A stretch of DNA of 32,000 nucleotides from Fastidiosibacter lacustris (GTDB lineage: Bacteria; Pseudomonadota; Gammaproteobacteria; Francisellales; Francisellaceae), in the NCBI RefSeq assembly GCF_003428155.1, contig NZ_QLIR01000002.1, positions 1 through 32,000 on the forward strand, written 5' to 3'. How positions within the stretch are numbered: position 1 is the first letter of the stretch; every line of letters starts with the position of its first letter. Of the stretch, positions 8,809 through 18,126 are shown piece after piece. The notes under the pieces are model-generated. The model was not told the DNA's origin. It saw only the letters and a program-made list of their open reading frames with translations, and ran no database searches. Made by a program: the position numbers and the translations under genes.

Positions 8809-11073
8809 TTAAATTTTACATGCCCCGGATTCACATTCATCAATTGTCTGTACTGTTTTTTGTTCAGCATGATCACGAGTGTTATGATAATAAAGTGTTT
8901 TCAAGCCATATCTATAGGCCGTTAAAAGGTCGCCAAGTAAAGTTTGCATGGGGACCTTTTGATCAGGGTAGTGCATAGGGTCATAGTTGGTGTTTGCAGA
9001 AATTGATTGATCAATAAATTTCTGAATAATAGCGCAAATTTTTAAATAGCCTGAATTGTTTGGAATTTGCCATAAAAGTTCATAATTGTATCTATATCGC
9101 TTAATGTCAGGAACGACTTGTTTCAATACACCATCTTTACTTTGTTTAATTGAAACTAGTCCGCGCGGTGGCTCAATACCATTGGTAGCGTTTGAAATTT
9201 GAGAAGAAGTTTCAGATGGCATGATAGCACTTAAAGTTGAGTTGCGAAGACCGTATTTTTTAATATTCTTTCTCAATGTTTCCCAGTCTAGTTGTAAAGG
9301 ATAAGAAGAAAACTGGTCAATGGTTTTTTTGTAATGATCAATAGGTAAGAGTCCTTGAGCATAAGTTGTCTCATGGAACCATTCGCAAGGTGATTTTTCT
9401 TTAGCGAGGTTATTCGATGCTTTAAGTAAATAATACTGAATCGCTTCAAAAGCCTTATGTGCAATCTCATTAGCGCTGCCATCACTATAACGCACGTTAT
9501 TTTTTGCTAAGAAATAAGCAAAGTTAATGACCCCCACGCCTAAACTACGTCTAGCCTTAGCGGGAATTTCAGCACTAGTCAGAGGATAGTTTTGGTAATC
9601 CAACAAATTATCAAGTGCTTTTACAATAAGCTCCGCTAAATACTCAAGCTCATCTAAAGATGTTAAAGCCCCAAGGTTAAAGGCAGAAAGTGTACAAAGG
9701 GCAATTTCACCCTTATCATCAGAAATATTGACCAAGGGTTTAGTAGGCAGTGTGATTTCCATACACAAATTAGATTGCTTAATAGGTGCAAGTTTACTAT
9801 TAAATGCGGAATGTGTATTGCTATGGTCAACATTCTGAATATAAATGCGACCAGTTTGCGCACGTTCTTGCATTAAGATGGAAAAAAGCTCAGTAGCTTT
9901 AATTGTCTTTTTGCGAATGCTTGGATCATCTTCATAAGCGCCATATAATCTTTCAAACTCATCTTGATCAGCAAAAAAAGCTTCGTATAAGCCAGGCACA
10001 TCTGCGGGACTAAACAGCGTGATATTTTGCTGATTGATTAAGCGTTGATACATCAGTCTATTGATCTGTACACCATAATCTAGATGGCGAATACGATTAT
10101 CTTCAACACCACGATTATTTTTAAGCACAAGTAAAGATTCTGCTTCTAAGTGCCAAATAGGATAAAAAAGCGTTGCAGCACCTCCCCTTACACCACCTTG
10201 CGAACAAGATTTAACGGCTGTTTGAAAATATTTATAAAAAGGAATACAACCCGTGTGGAGGGCTTCCCCTTTTCGGATTTCACTTCCCAAAGCTCGAATC
10301 TTTCCAGCATTAATACCAATACCCGCACGTTGAGAAACGTATTTTACAGTCGCCGAAGCAGAAGCATTGATCGAATCTAGGCTGTCATCCGTGTCAATTA
10401 ATACACATGAGCTAAATTGTCTAGTTGGTGTCCTAACGCCCGCCATGATTGGTGTTGGTAGTGAAAGTTTAAATTGGCTAATTGCATCATAAAAATCAAG
10501 CACGTAACGCATGCGAGTGGTTTTGTCATGCTTTGAGAATAAACAGGCACTTACGAGAATGTAAAGCATTTGGGGTGTTTCGTAGATTTCACCACTAACT
10601 CGATTTTGTACCAAGTATTTGCCTTGCATTTGATTCACCGCAGCATAGGTGAAATTCATATCACGCCAGTGGTCAATATGCTTATTCATTTGATCAAATT
10701 CAGCTTTACTATAATCCTCAAGCAAATGAGAATCATATTTTTTTGCCTTAACTAATTTTTTAACATGATCATAAATATGAGGTGGCTCAAATTCGCCATA
10801 AGCAAGTTTGCGTAAATGAAAAATAGCAAGACGTGCTGCCATATATTGGTAATCAGGAGTATTTTCAGAAATTAAATCAGCAGCACTTTTAACAATGATT
10901 GCTTGAATATCCGATGTTTTCATCCCTTCATAAAGTTGAATATGGGAATTAATTTCAACTTGAGAAACCGACACATCTTCCAAGCCTTCGGCAGCCCAAG
11001 TTAATACACGATGAATCTTATCTAGATCAACCGCTTCAAGTTTACCATTTCTTTTAGTAACGTTAACGTTCAT
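8809..11073 (-). CDS. nrdA: Ribonucleoside-diphosphate reductase class Ia, alpha subunit
   Basis: N-terminal ATP-cone, SSCVLIDTDDSLDSI, CMEITLPTKPL, VMIP-type MPSETSSQISNATNGIEPPRGL, C-terminal CESGACKI. Confidence 0.97.
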   Translation of the reverse strand: MNVNVTKRNGKLEAVDLDKIHRVLTWAAEGLEDVSVSQVEINSHIQLYEGMKTSDIQAIIVKSAADLISENTPDYQYMAARLAIFHLRKLAYGEFEPPHIYDHVKKLVKAKKYDSHLLEDYSKAEFDQMNKHIDHWRDMNFTYAAVNQMQGKYLVQNRVSGEIYETPQMLYILVSACLFSKHDKTTRMRYVLDFYDAISQFKLSLPTPIMAGVRTPTRQFSSCVLIDTDDSLDSINASASATVKYVSQRAGIGINAGKIRALGSEIRKGEALHTGCIPFYKYFQTAVKSCSQGGVRGGAATLFYPIWHLEAESLLVLKNNRGVEDNRIRHLDYGVQINRLMYQRLINQQNITLFSPADVPGLYEAFFADQDEFERLYGAYEDDPSIRKKTIKATELFSILMQERAQTGRIYIQNVDHSNTHSAFNSKLAPIKQSNLCMEITLPTKPLVNISDDKGEIALCTLSAFNLGALTSLDELEYLAELIVKALDNLLDYQNYPLTSAEIPAKARRSLGVGVINFAYFLAKNNVRYSDGSANEIAHKAFEAIQYYLLKASNNLAKEKSPCEWFHETTYAQGLLPIDHYKKTIDQFSSYPLQLDWETLRKNIKKYGLRNSTLSAIMPSETSSQISNATNGIEPPRGLVSIKQSKDGVLKQVVPDIKRYRYNYELLWQIPNNSGYLKICAIIQKFIDQSISANTNYDPMHYPDQKVPMQTLLGDLLTAYRYGLKTLYYHNTRDHAEQKTVQTIDECESGACKI

Positions 11074-11304
11074 TGCTTTGTTTCCTTATCATGGTAGTGT
11101 GTTTAATGTAATACATAACATCAAATTATCAATCTGGGTAAAAACAAAAGACCACATAGAAGGAATATAAAACGCAGACTCAACTTTAGAAGTTGAATCA
11201 TTGTAACTAAATAAATATTAACCTCTGTGTCTGCTTCATCCCACGAAAGCTGTTTTACACAATTGATACCCGTAACAAGAAAATCACATTGGGTATCTAT
11301 CAAC

Positions 11305-11490
11305 TAATGGCAGGTATTCGGGCTTTATGGACACGTTGTTGTATTGACAACACCTACTCAACACAGCTTCCCAGTTTACACCAGTGCTTTTTTATTTATG
11401 CAAATCTAAATAAACGTGTTTTTCGTTTCCAATTACCGCTGCGGGTCAGCTCTGGATTTTCACCAGATTCCCTCTTGGTAACGATATAAA
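11305..11490 (-). promoter_or_regulatory. Cobalamin (AdoCbl) riboswitch upstream of nrdA
   Basis: Reverse complement reads GTTACCAAGAGGGAATCTGGTGAAAATCCAGAGCTGACCCGCAGCGGTAA...AAGCTGTGTTGAGTAGGTG...CATAAAGCCCGAATACCTGCCA. The conserved GGGAAnnnGGTGnAAnTCCnnnGCTGnCCCGC core and the 3' GCCnGAATACCTGCC box are both present in order. Confidence 0.88.
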
Positions 11491-11772
11491 AATAAGTTGA
11501 CTCAATCTCTTTGCCTCTTCTTTTGTAGTAAAGATCTCACCGTTTTTCAGTGAGCGTGAAGGGAAGTAAAGGAGCAATTTATTTTTTTGTTACTTGAGTT
11601 GAAATGCAAAAGCATCACAAACCAATTAGCATAAGTGAGAATTATTTTAACTGAAAATAAGAAAAAATACGATCTATTTTTCCACTTGATAGGTCAAGCA
11701 GTAAGTAAGATTTTGTGGGGACGGTTAATTTTAGAACTGTGCTTAATGAGTTCATTTAAACTTGCGAGCTTT

Positions 11773-12780
11773 TTATTTTCCTTGTGCTTTGTTGATTGCA
11801 TCTTGGATGGTTGCTTGAGGTGCAAAGCCTGGAATAACCGTTGTATTATTAGTTGTTGCTCCTGTTAATGGGATCACGATAATAGCAGGTGTGCCTTGAA
11901 TGCCAAGTTTATCAAAACCAAGCTTCATGTCTGCTGCGATGTTATCGGTAACTTTTTTCTCTTTAATTAGACTTTCGGCTTTGGCGACATCAATGCCTAA
12001 TTTTTGGGCAACATCATTAATATCTTTAATGCTTAGCTTGCCTTCATCAATCCCTTTTGCAAATACAGCATTGTGATATTTTAGGTACCCTTCAGAGCCA
12101 TTTAAGATATAGGCAGCAATACCCATTTCAGCTGCATATTGGGAAGCTTCCCAACGCTGACCGAAAATTGGGAATTCTTTGAAAATGTATTTCACATTTG
12201 GATTGGCATCCATGACTTTTTCCATTATTGGCGCTATTTTGTGACAATATACACATTGATAGTCAAAGAATTGAATGACTGCCACTTTGGCATCTTTGGG
12301 ACCAACTGTTGGTGTTTGTTCATTAGAGAGGAGGGCTTTGGCGTTTTCAATGACAGATTTAACTTGTTTTGCTTCTTGTGTTAGCATTAAACTTTTTTGG
12401 AAAGTCTGCATAATGTCTTGCATTTGCTCTGGGTTAAATTTACCAGCTTGACCTGATATACCTGCTTTGAATCCTGTTAATATTGCAGTATTGTCAAGGC
12501 TTGCGCCTTGCGCTTTTAATTGAGCTGTGACATTTTCAGCAACGCTATAGCCAAGTGTATAGCTTACGTTTTGGAGAAGTTCTTGCTTATTATTGGTGCT
12601 GATAGATGGTTTAGCGATTGCTTCTTTAGGTTCGGCTACAACTTGTGTTTCTACACTTTTAGTCACTTCTTTAGAAGCTTTGTTGTTACCATTTGATTCT
12701 GATTTGGAACAGCCAGCTAATGCAGTTGCAAGTAAGGCTGAGCCAAAAGCTCCAATTAAAATTTTTTTAGATATATTCAT
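11773..12780 (-). CDS. fipB: DsbA-like disulfide oxidoreductase lipoprotein with N-terminal FKBP_N dimerization domain (FipB-like)
   Basis: Lipobox LATALAGC; YTLGYSVAENVTAQLKAQG...FKAGISGQAGKFNPEQMQDIMQTFQ (FKBP_N/Mip-like); FFDYQCVYCHKIAP thioredoxin-like CxxC, cis-Pro GIQGTPAIIV. Start placed at 12780. Confidence 0.88.
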   Translation of the reverse strand: MNISKKILIGAFGSALLATALAGCSKSESNGNNKASKEVTKSVETQVVAEPKEAIAKPSISTNNKQELLQNVSYTLGYSVAENVTAQLKAQGASLDNTAILTGFKAGISGQAGKFNPEQMQDIMQTFQKSLMLTQEAKQVKSVIENAKALLSNEQTPTVGPKDAKVAVIQFFDYQCVYCHKIAPIMEKVMDANPNVKYIFKEFPIFGQRWEASQYAAEMGIAAYILNGSEGYLKYHNAVFAKGIDEGKLSIKDINDVAQKLGIDVAKAESLIKEKKVTDNIAADMKLGFDKLGIQGTPAIIVIPLTGATTNNTTVIPGFAPQATIQDAINKAQGK

Positions 12781-13063
12781 TTTTGATGAAACTCCATATT
12801 TTATTTGTTTAACTGTATCGGCAAAGACTATAACAGAGTCATTGCTAAAATGAAAAAGATTCATGCTGATTATTTGGCGTTACACATATTGCTCTATGGA
12901 TCAGTTTTTGTCATATATATCTTGAAATCAAGGTGACATAATTATCTAGTGGAGAAGTTGATTATCTCAAATTTAATTTTAAGGTTTAAATAAAAAATTT
13001 AAATAAACTTAGCTAACACCCATCTATAAATAAAGTATCAAAGGAAAAATAAAACCATTATTC

Positions 13064-13570
13064 TTAATTGTTATTGTTTGTTGTATCAGCTGCTTCTTTT
13101 GTGCTATCAACAGAAGGTTGGACACTTGTTGCTGCGTGTTCAGCATTGTTAGTAGTTGCTTTAAAGTTAGCTTCAGATTCTGTCTTGGTTTTAGCAGCTT
13201 CTGCTTCAGCTGCTTCTTCATCTGCCTTCATTTTAGCTTCCATTTCTTTTTGGAAAGCCTGCATAGATTGCTCCATTTGCTCTTGAGTGAGTTTCGGCTT
13301 ATTACCTTTAATACCCGCAGTGAAACCTTGTTCTAAGTTGTCAATATCAAGTGTTACATTTTGTTGGTGTAATTGCTCAGTCATGTTTTTACCAATTGAA
13401 TAGCCAATAGTATAACTTGCATCGGCCACATTATCCTGACTTACTGTGTTTGTAACAACAGTAGGTTTAGCAACAGCTGTTTCTTTTATCACATCAGCAT
13501 CAGCAAATGCGCTAGATATAAGTACACTACTTACTAATAATGATAAGGTGATTTTGGCTAATTTTTTCAT
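13064..13570 (-). CDS. fipA: Periplasmic stand-alone FKBP_N domain protein (FipA-like)
   Basis: Signal peptide MKKLAKITLSLLVSSVLISSAFA; YTIGYSIGKNMTEQLHQQ...QGFTAGIKGNKPKLTQEQMEQSMQAFQKEM without a PPIase domain; next to fipB-like gene. Start placed at 13570. Confidence 0.8.
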   Translation of the reverse strand: MKKLAKITLSLLVSSVLISSAFADADVIKETAVAKPTVVTNTVSQDNVADASYTIGYSIGKNMTEQLHQQNVTLDIDNLEQGFTAGIKGNKPKLTQEQMEQSMQAFQKEMEAKMKADEEAAEAEAAKTKTESEANFKATTNNAEHAATSVQPSVDSTKEAADTTNNNN

Positions 13571-13747
13571 AATAACTCCAGTTGATTGATTACCTAATTT
13601 AAACAAAACCACTTTAGCTTAAACATGGGTTAGCAAAAGAACAAGCCTTTTACAGTGAAAAGAAGTAAAAACGTCAAAAAACAATGACATTTTATATCCA
13701 ATCGTTAAACTAAGCGATACCTTAAAAATTTCCTTAATATTTAATAA

Positions 13748-15094
13748 ATGATCAAAAATAATAAAAAAAGTGTCCCTGAGGGGGTGTTCCGTACAGTTAT
13801 CAGTAGTATGTCGCACGAAGGGCGTGGCATTGCTAAAATCAATGGAAAAACCACTTTTATCCCCTTCGTATTAACAGGAGAGGAGATCGAATTTGAATAT
13901 AGCAAGTGCAAGTTAAGCTATGATGAAGGCAAACTTGTGCGTGTGCTTAATGCCAGTAGTGAACGCGTAACTCCACCTTGCCAATATTTTGAAATATGTG
14001 GTGGATGTACCTTTCAACATATTTCTCCTGATGCGCAAATTCGCTTTAAAGAACAAACGTTGTTAAGTCACTTTAAGCATTTTGGTGCTGGCTTAGTCCC
14101 TAAAGAAATATTATTGCCGTTAAGATCGGCTTCATCAGAGGCTTACCGTACAAAAGCAAGACTAGGTGTGCGTTATGTACATAAAAAAAACAAAGTGTTA
14201 GTTGGTTTTCGAGAGCGTGATGGACGTTTTTTAGCAGACATTGATTCATGTCAAGTACTTCATCAAGACATTGGGCATAATTTAACAATACTGCAAAATT
14301 TCATCCAAGACTTGTCAATTTATCGCGAAATCCCACAGATTGAAGTGGCGGTAGATGAAAAAGTAACAGCACTTATTATTCGACATTTAGCACCCTTTAG
14401 TGATGAGGATCTAACTAAAATAACTGTATTTGCTCAAGTACATCATTTCTGGATTTATTTACAGGCTAAGGGACCAGATACGGTCACTCGATTCTATCCC
14501 ATGGTAGATCAAGAGCCCATTGAAATGTCATATCGGCTTAATGACTATGATTTGAATATTTATTTTGCTCCAAATGATTTTACTCAGGTGAATCAGGATA
14601 TTAATAATAAAATGCTAAAACAGGCATTAGAGTTACTTGATGTAAATAAGGATGATGTAGTGCTGGATCTATTTTGCGGCTTAGGAAATTTTAGTTTGCC
14701 ATTGGCAACAAAAGCCAAATATGTGGTTGGTATTGAAGGCGATTTAGAAATGACGCAGCGTGCTAAAATCAATGCCAATAAAAATGGTTTAGAAAATATA
14801 GCATTTTATCCTGGCAATTTATTTGAAGATATTTCTAAACATCCATGGATTTTGGAGAACCGCTTTAACAAACTGTCATTAGATCCACCACGAGCAGGTG
14901 CTGAAATGGTTTGCAGGCAAATTGATAAAATTAATCCTAAGCGAATCGTATATGTGTCATGTGATCCGGCAACACTGGCACGTGATGCAGGTATTTTAGT
15001 AAATGAGAAACGTTATAAGCTATTATCTGCCGGTGTCATGGATATGTTTCCACATACAACTCATGTGGAATCAATAGCAGTGTTTGGAAAATAA
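13748..15094 (+). CDS. rlmD: 23S rRNA (uracil(1939)-C(5))-methyltransferase
   Basis: TRAM-like N-terminus, C..F.ICGGCTFQH iron-sulfur motif, DLFCGLGNFSLPLA, DPPRAG, IVYVSCDPATLARD. Confidence 0.93.
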   Translation: MIKNNKKSVPEGVFRTVISSMSHEGRGIAKINGKTTFIPFVLTGEEIEFEYSKCKLSYDEGKLVRVLNASSERVTPPCQYFEICGGCTFQHISPDAQIRFKEQTLLSHFKHFGAGLVPKEILLPLRSASSEAYRTKARLGVRYVHKKNKVLVGFRERDGRFLADIDSCQVLHQDIGHNLTILQNFIQDLSIYREIPQIEVAVDEKVTALIIRHLAPFSDEDLTKITVFAQVHHFWIYLQAKGPDTVTRFYPMVDQEPIEMSYRLNDYDLNIYFAPNDFTQVNQDINNKMLKQALELLDVNKDDVVLDLFCGLGNFSLPLATKAKYVVGIEGDLEMTQRAKINANKNGLENIAFYPGNLFEDISKHPWILENRFNKLSLDPPRAGAEMVCRQIDKINPKRIVYVSCDPATLARDAGILVNEKRYKLLSAGVMDMFPHTTHVESIAVFGK

Positions 15095-15120
15095 TATAAT
15101 TTTAAGAGAAGGGAATTACC

Positions 15121-16065
15121 GTGAACGTCAGTGAGTTAGTCAAGACACTTGTGAATGACGACACAAGTGAAGACCAGCAATATGAAATCATTAAACAGAT
15201 TGATAAAGAAGTTTATCAAGAACAAACCTTGTTCTCATTAGTACAAGCGTTTTTAGAGTATAGTATTGCGATTGAGAATCCTTTTTTAGATACACTTGAT
15301 ATTGTTGGTACCGGAGGGGATGGTTGCAGGACGTTAAATTATTCGACTTTAAGTGCATTTGTTGTGCATAAGCTTGGCGCTAAACTGGCTAAACATGGTA
15401 ATCGTTCAACTACTTCAAAATGTGGAAGTTTTGATTTATTACATAAATTAAATATAAAATTACCACAAACAGCGGATGAAGCATTTAGACTTTTACAACA
15501 AACAGGCATAGTATTTTTATTTGCTCCATTTTTTCACCCAATTTTTGCTAAGGTCTCTAACGTACGTAAACGTTTTGCAGAGCAAGGAAAGCGCACCTTT
15601 TTTAATGTGCTTGGACCATTATTAAATCCAATGCGTGTTAAACGCATTGTTGTTGGTGTTTATGACGAACGCTTGTTGAAACCGTATTTGTATGCTTTAA
15701 AGAATCAGGGTGTCACTCATGCTTATATTGTATATGGTGACGGGATGGATGAGTTCTCCGTTTGTGGGGTGAATAAAGTCATTCAAATCCATAATGATAC
15801 TATTACAGAGTTTAGCCTTCATCCAGAGCAAGTGGGCTTTATGCGTAGTAAGCTGGAATATCTAGAGGTAGGAAATTTGTATCAAAACTTGGAAGAGTCC
15901 AAAGCACTATTTAATAATGAAATTTTAGGTGTGAAGCAAGATACTTTAGTTATAAATGCAGCTGCAGCTAGGCATGTGGCTTGTGGCTTTGAAGGCATGC
16001 TTATTGATCATGTGAAAGTGATCAAAGATGCTTTGCAAAAAGGGGTTTTTGCAAAGCTAATTTAG
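15121..16065 (+). CDS. trpD: Anthranilate phosphoribosyltransferase-like protein
   Basis: DIVGTGGDG, AKHGNRSTTSKCGSFDLL, RTFFNVLGPLLNP, VYGDGMDEFSV. Confidence 0.85.
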   Translation: MNVSELVKTLVNDDTSEDQQYEIIKQIDKEVYQEQTLFSLVQAFLEYSIAIENPFLDTLDIVGTGGDGCRTLNYSTLSAFVVHKLGAKLAKHGNRSTTSKCGSFDLLHKLNIKLPQTADEAFRLLQQTGIVFLFAPFFHPIFAKVSNVRKRFAEQGKRTFFNVLGPLLNPMRVKRIVVGVYDERLLKPYLYALKNQGVTHAYIVYGDGMDEFSVCGVNKVIQIHNDTITEFSLHPEQVGFMRSKLEYLEVGNLYQNLEESKALFNNEILGVKQDTLVINAAAARHVACGFEGMLIDHVKVIKDALQKGVFAKLI

Positions 16066-16079
16066 AGGGTGCTATTTAT

Positions 16080-17492
16080 CTATAAACTATAATACATTTG
16101 AAATTCAACTGGATGTGGTGTCATATTGAGTTTTTGCACTTCTTCCATTTTAAGATCGATGTAAGCATCAATCATGTCATTTGAAAAGACGCCACCTGCA
16201 GTTAAAAATTCGCGATCATGATCTAAAGCGTGAAGCGCTTCCTCAAGAGAGTTTGCTACAGTAGGGATATCAACAAGTTCTTCTGGTGGTAGATCATAAA
16301 GATTTTTATCCATAGCATCACCTGGATGAATTTTATTCTTAATACCATCTATGCCAGCCATAACCATTGCAGAGAAAGCAAGATATGGGTTGGCGGTTGG
16401 ATCGCTAAAGCGCACTTCAATACGTCTGGCTTTTTCGCTGCTGACAAACGGAATTCTGATAGATGCTGAGCGATTTCGTGCTGAGTAGGCAAGTAATACA
16501 GGTGCTTCAAACCCAGGAACTAGGCGCTTATAGCTATTAGTAGCAGGGTTGCAAAACGCATTAAGTGCTTTGGCATGTTTAATAATGCCACCGATGTAAT
16601 AAAGTGCCTCTTCTGATAGACCTGCATAACAGTTACCAGCAAAAAGGTTTTTGCCATTTTTAGATAAAGATTGGTGGACGTGCATGCCAGAGCCGTTATC
16701 ACCTGGAATAGGTTTTGGCATGAACGTTGCACTCTTACCATAAGCATTTGCAACGTTGTGAACAACGTATTTAAAGGTTTGAATCTGGTCAGCTTTGTCA
16801 GTTAGAGTTGAGAATTTTGTGCCGATTTCACACTGACCAGCTGTTGCGACTTCATGGTGATGTACCTCTACTTCTTGCCCTAGCTCTTCCAAAATAAGGC
16901 ACATTTCAGAGCGAATATCCTGTAATGAGTCAACTGGTGGTACGGGGAAATAGCCACCTTTGACACCTGGTGTGTGACCATTATTGTGACCATTCTTGGG
17001 CTGATTTGTATTCCAGGCTGCTTCGCTACTAATGATTTTGTATTCAGCACCTTCCATATCTGCTTTATAAGTGACATTATCAAAAATAAAAAATTCAGGC
17101 TCAGGTCCTAATAAAACGATGTCCGCAAGACCAGTTGATTTAAGATAGGTTTCACATTTTTTGGCAATTGAGCGGGGATCGCGATCATAAGCTTGCATGG
17201 TTGCGGGGTCTAGAATATCACATCGAATGATGAGAGTTGGCGCTTCAAAAAATGGATCCACTAACATTTTAGCCGCATCGGGCATTAAAATCATGTCTGA
17301 TTCATTAATCCCTTTCCAACCTTCAATAGATGAACCATCAAACATCTTGCCATCGTTGAAAAAATCTTCATCAATGGCGCGAACAGGTATCGTTACATGC
17401 TGTTCTTTCCCTTTAGTATCAGTAAAACGTAAATCAACAAATTCGATTTCATTTTCATCGACTATTGATTTAAAAGTTGCAAAGTCGGACAT
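16080..17492 (-). CDS. glnA: Glutamine synthetase type I
   Basis: [76 protein letters not shown]. Confidence 0.97.
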   Translation of the reverse strand: MSDFATFKSIVDENEIEFVDLRFTDTKGKEQHVTIPVRAIDEDFFNDGKMFDGSSIEGWKGINESDMILMPDAAKMLVDPFFEAPTLIIRCDILDPATMQAYDRDPRSIAKKCETYLKSTGLADIVLLGPEPEFFIFDNVTYKADMEGAEYKIISSEAAWNTNQPKNGHNNGHTPGVKGGYFPVPPVDSLQDIRSEMCLILEELGQEVEVHHHEVATAGQCEIGTKFSTLTDKADQIQTFKYVVHNVANAYGKSATFMPKPIPGDNGSGMHVHQSLSKNGKNLFAGNCYAGLSEEALYYIGGIIKHAKALNAFCNPATNSYKRLVPGFEAPVLLAYSARNRSASIRIPFVSSEKARRIEVRFSDPTANPYLAFSAMVMAGIDGIKNKIHPGDAMDKNLYDLPPEELVDIPTVANSLEEALHALDHDREFLTAGGVFSNDMIDAYIDLKMEEVQKLNMTPHPVEFQMYYSL

Positions 17493-17637
17493 GCTTTTGA
17501 CTCCTTGAGAATTAGGGTTAGAGGTTATTCATCGAAAACGAATTCTATCAGATTTTTTATAAAATTTAGCAAGATTTTCAAGGAAAAGTTGCAATCTTTA
17601 CGGTATGCTAAAGCTCAAGGTAATACTAGATTTGGAA

Positions 17638-18126
17638 ATGATCGTGATAGATCAAGAGGGTTTCAGAGCAAATGTGGCGGTCATCATTGTTAATGATCAA
17701 AACAAGGTATTCTGGGGTCGCAGAGTAAATCAAAGTTCGTGGCAATTTCCGCAAGGCGGTTTAAATTCAGGGGAAACACCAATTGAAGGAATGTATCGTG
17801 AGTTAAAAGAAGAGGTGGGTTTAATGCCGTATGATGTCGAGGTGATTGCAGCAACACAGACATGGTTGCGCTATCGATTGCCAAGATTTTTAATAAGAAG
17901 AAACTGCCCTTTATGTATCGGGCAAAAACAAAAATGGTTTTTGCTTAGATTAAAGTCACCAGATAGTGCGGTTAATCTCAACGCAAACAATAAACCAGAA
18001 TTTGATGATTGGCGGTGGGTGAATTACTGGTATCCTGTGGATAAAGTTGTCGCTTTTAAGCGTAAAGTGTACCAAAAAGCATTGGAGCACTTTTCCCCTC
18101 TCGTTGAAAATCAATCTAGTGAGTAA
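17638..18126 (+). CDS. rppH: RNA pyrophosphohydrolase (Nudix)
   Basis: [22 protein letters not shown]...[28 protein letters not shown] (Nudix box); followed by ptsP as in E. coli. Start placed at 17638. Confidence 0.94.
   Translation: MIVIDQEGFRANVAVIIVNDQNKVFWGRRVNQSSWQFPQGGLNSGETPIEGMYRELKEEVGLMPYDVEVIAATQTWLRYRLPRFLIRRNCPLCIGQKQKWFLLRLKSPDSAVNLNANNKPEFDDWRWVNYWYPVDKVVAFKRKVYQKALEHFSPLVENQSSE

Noticed and set aside
11121-11303. 60-aa minus-strand ORF between riboswitch and nrdA
   Set aside because: Considered as a leader peptide, but no SD or motif support; more likely leader RNA.
11289-11489. 66-aa plus-strand ORF
   Set aside because: Antisense to the cobalamin riboswitch; the conserved RNA explains the sequence.
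13068-13336. Plus-strand ORFs opposite fipA-like gene
   Set aside because: Ser/Ala-rich shadow of the Glu/Ala/Lys-rich tail on the real strand.
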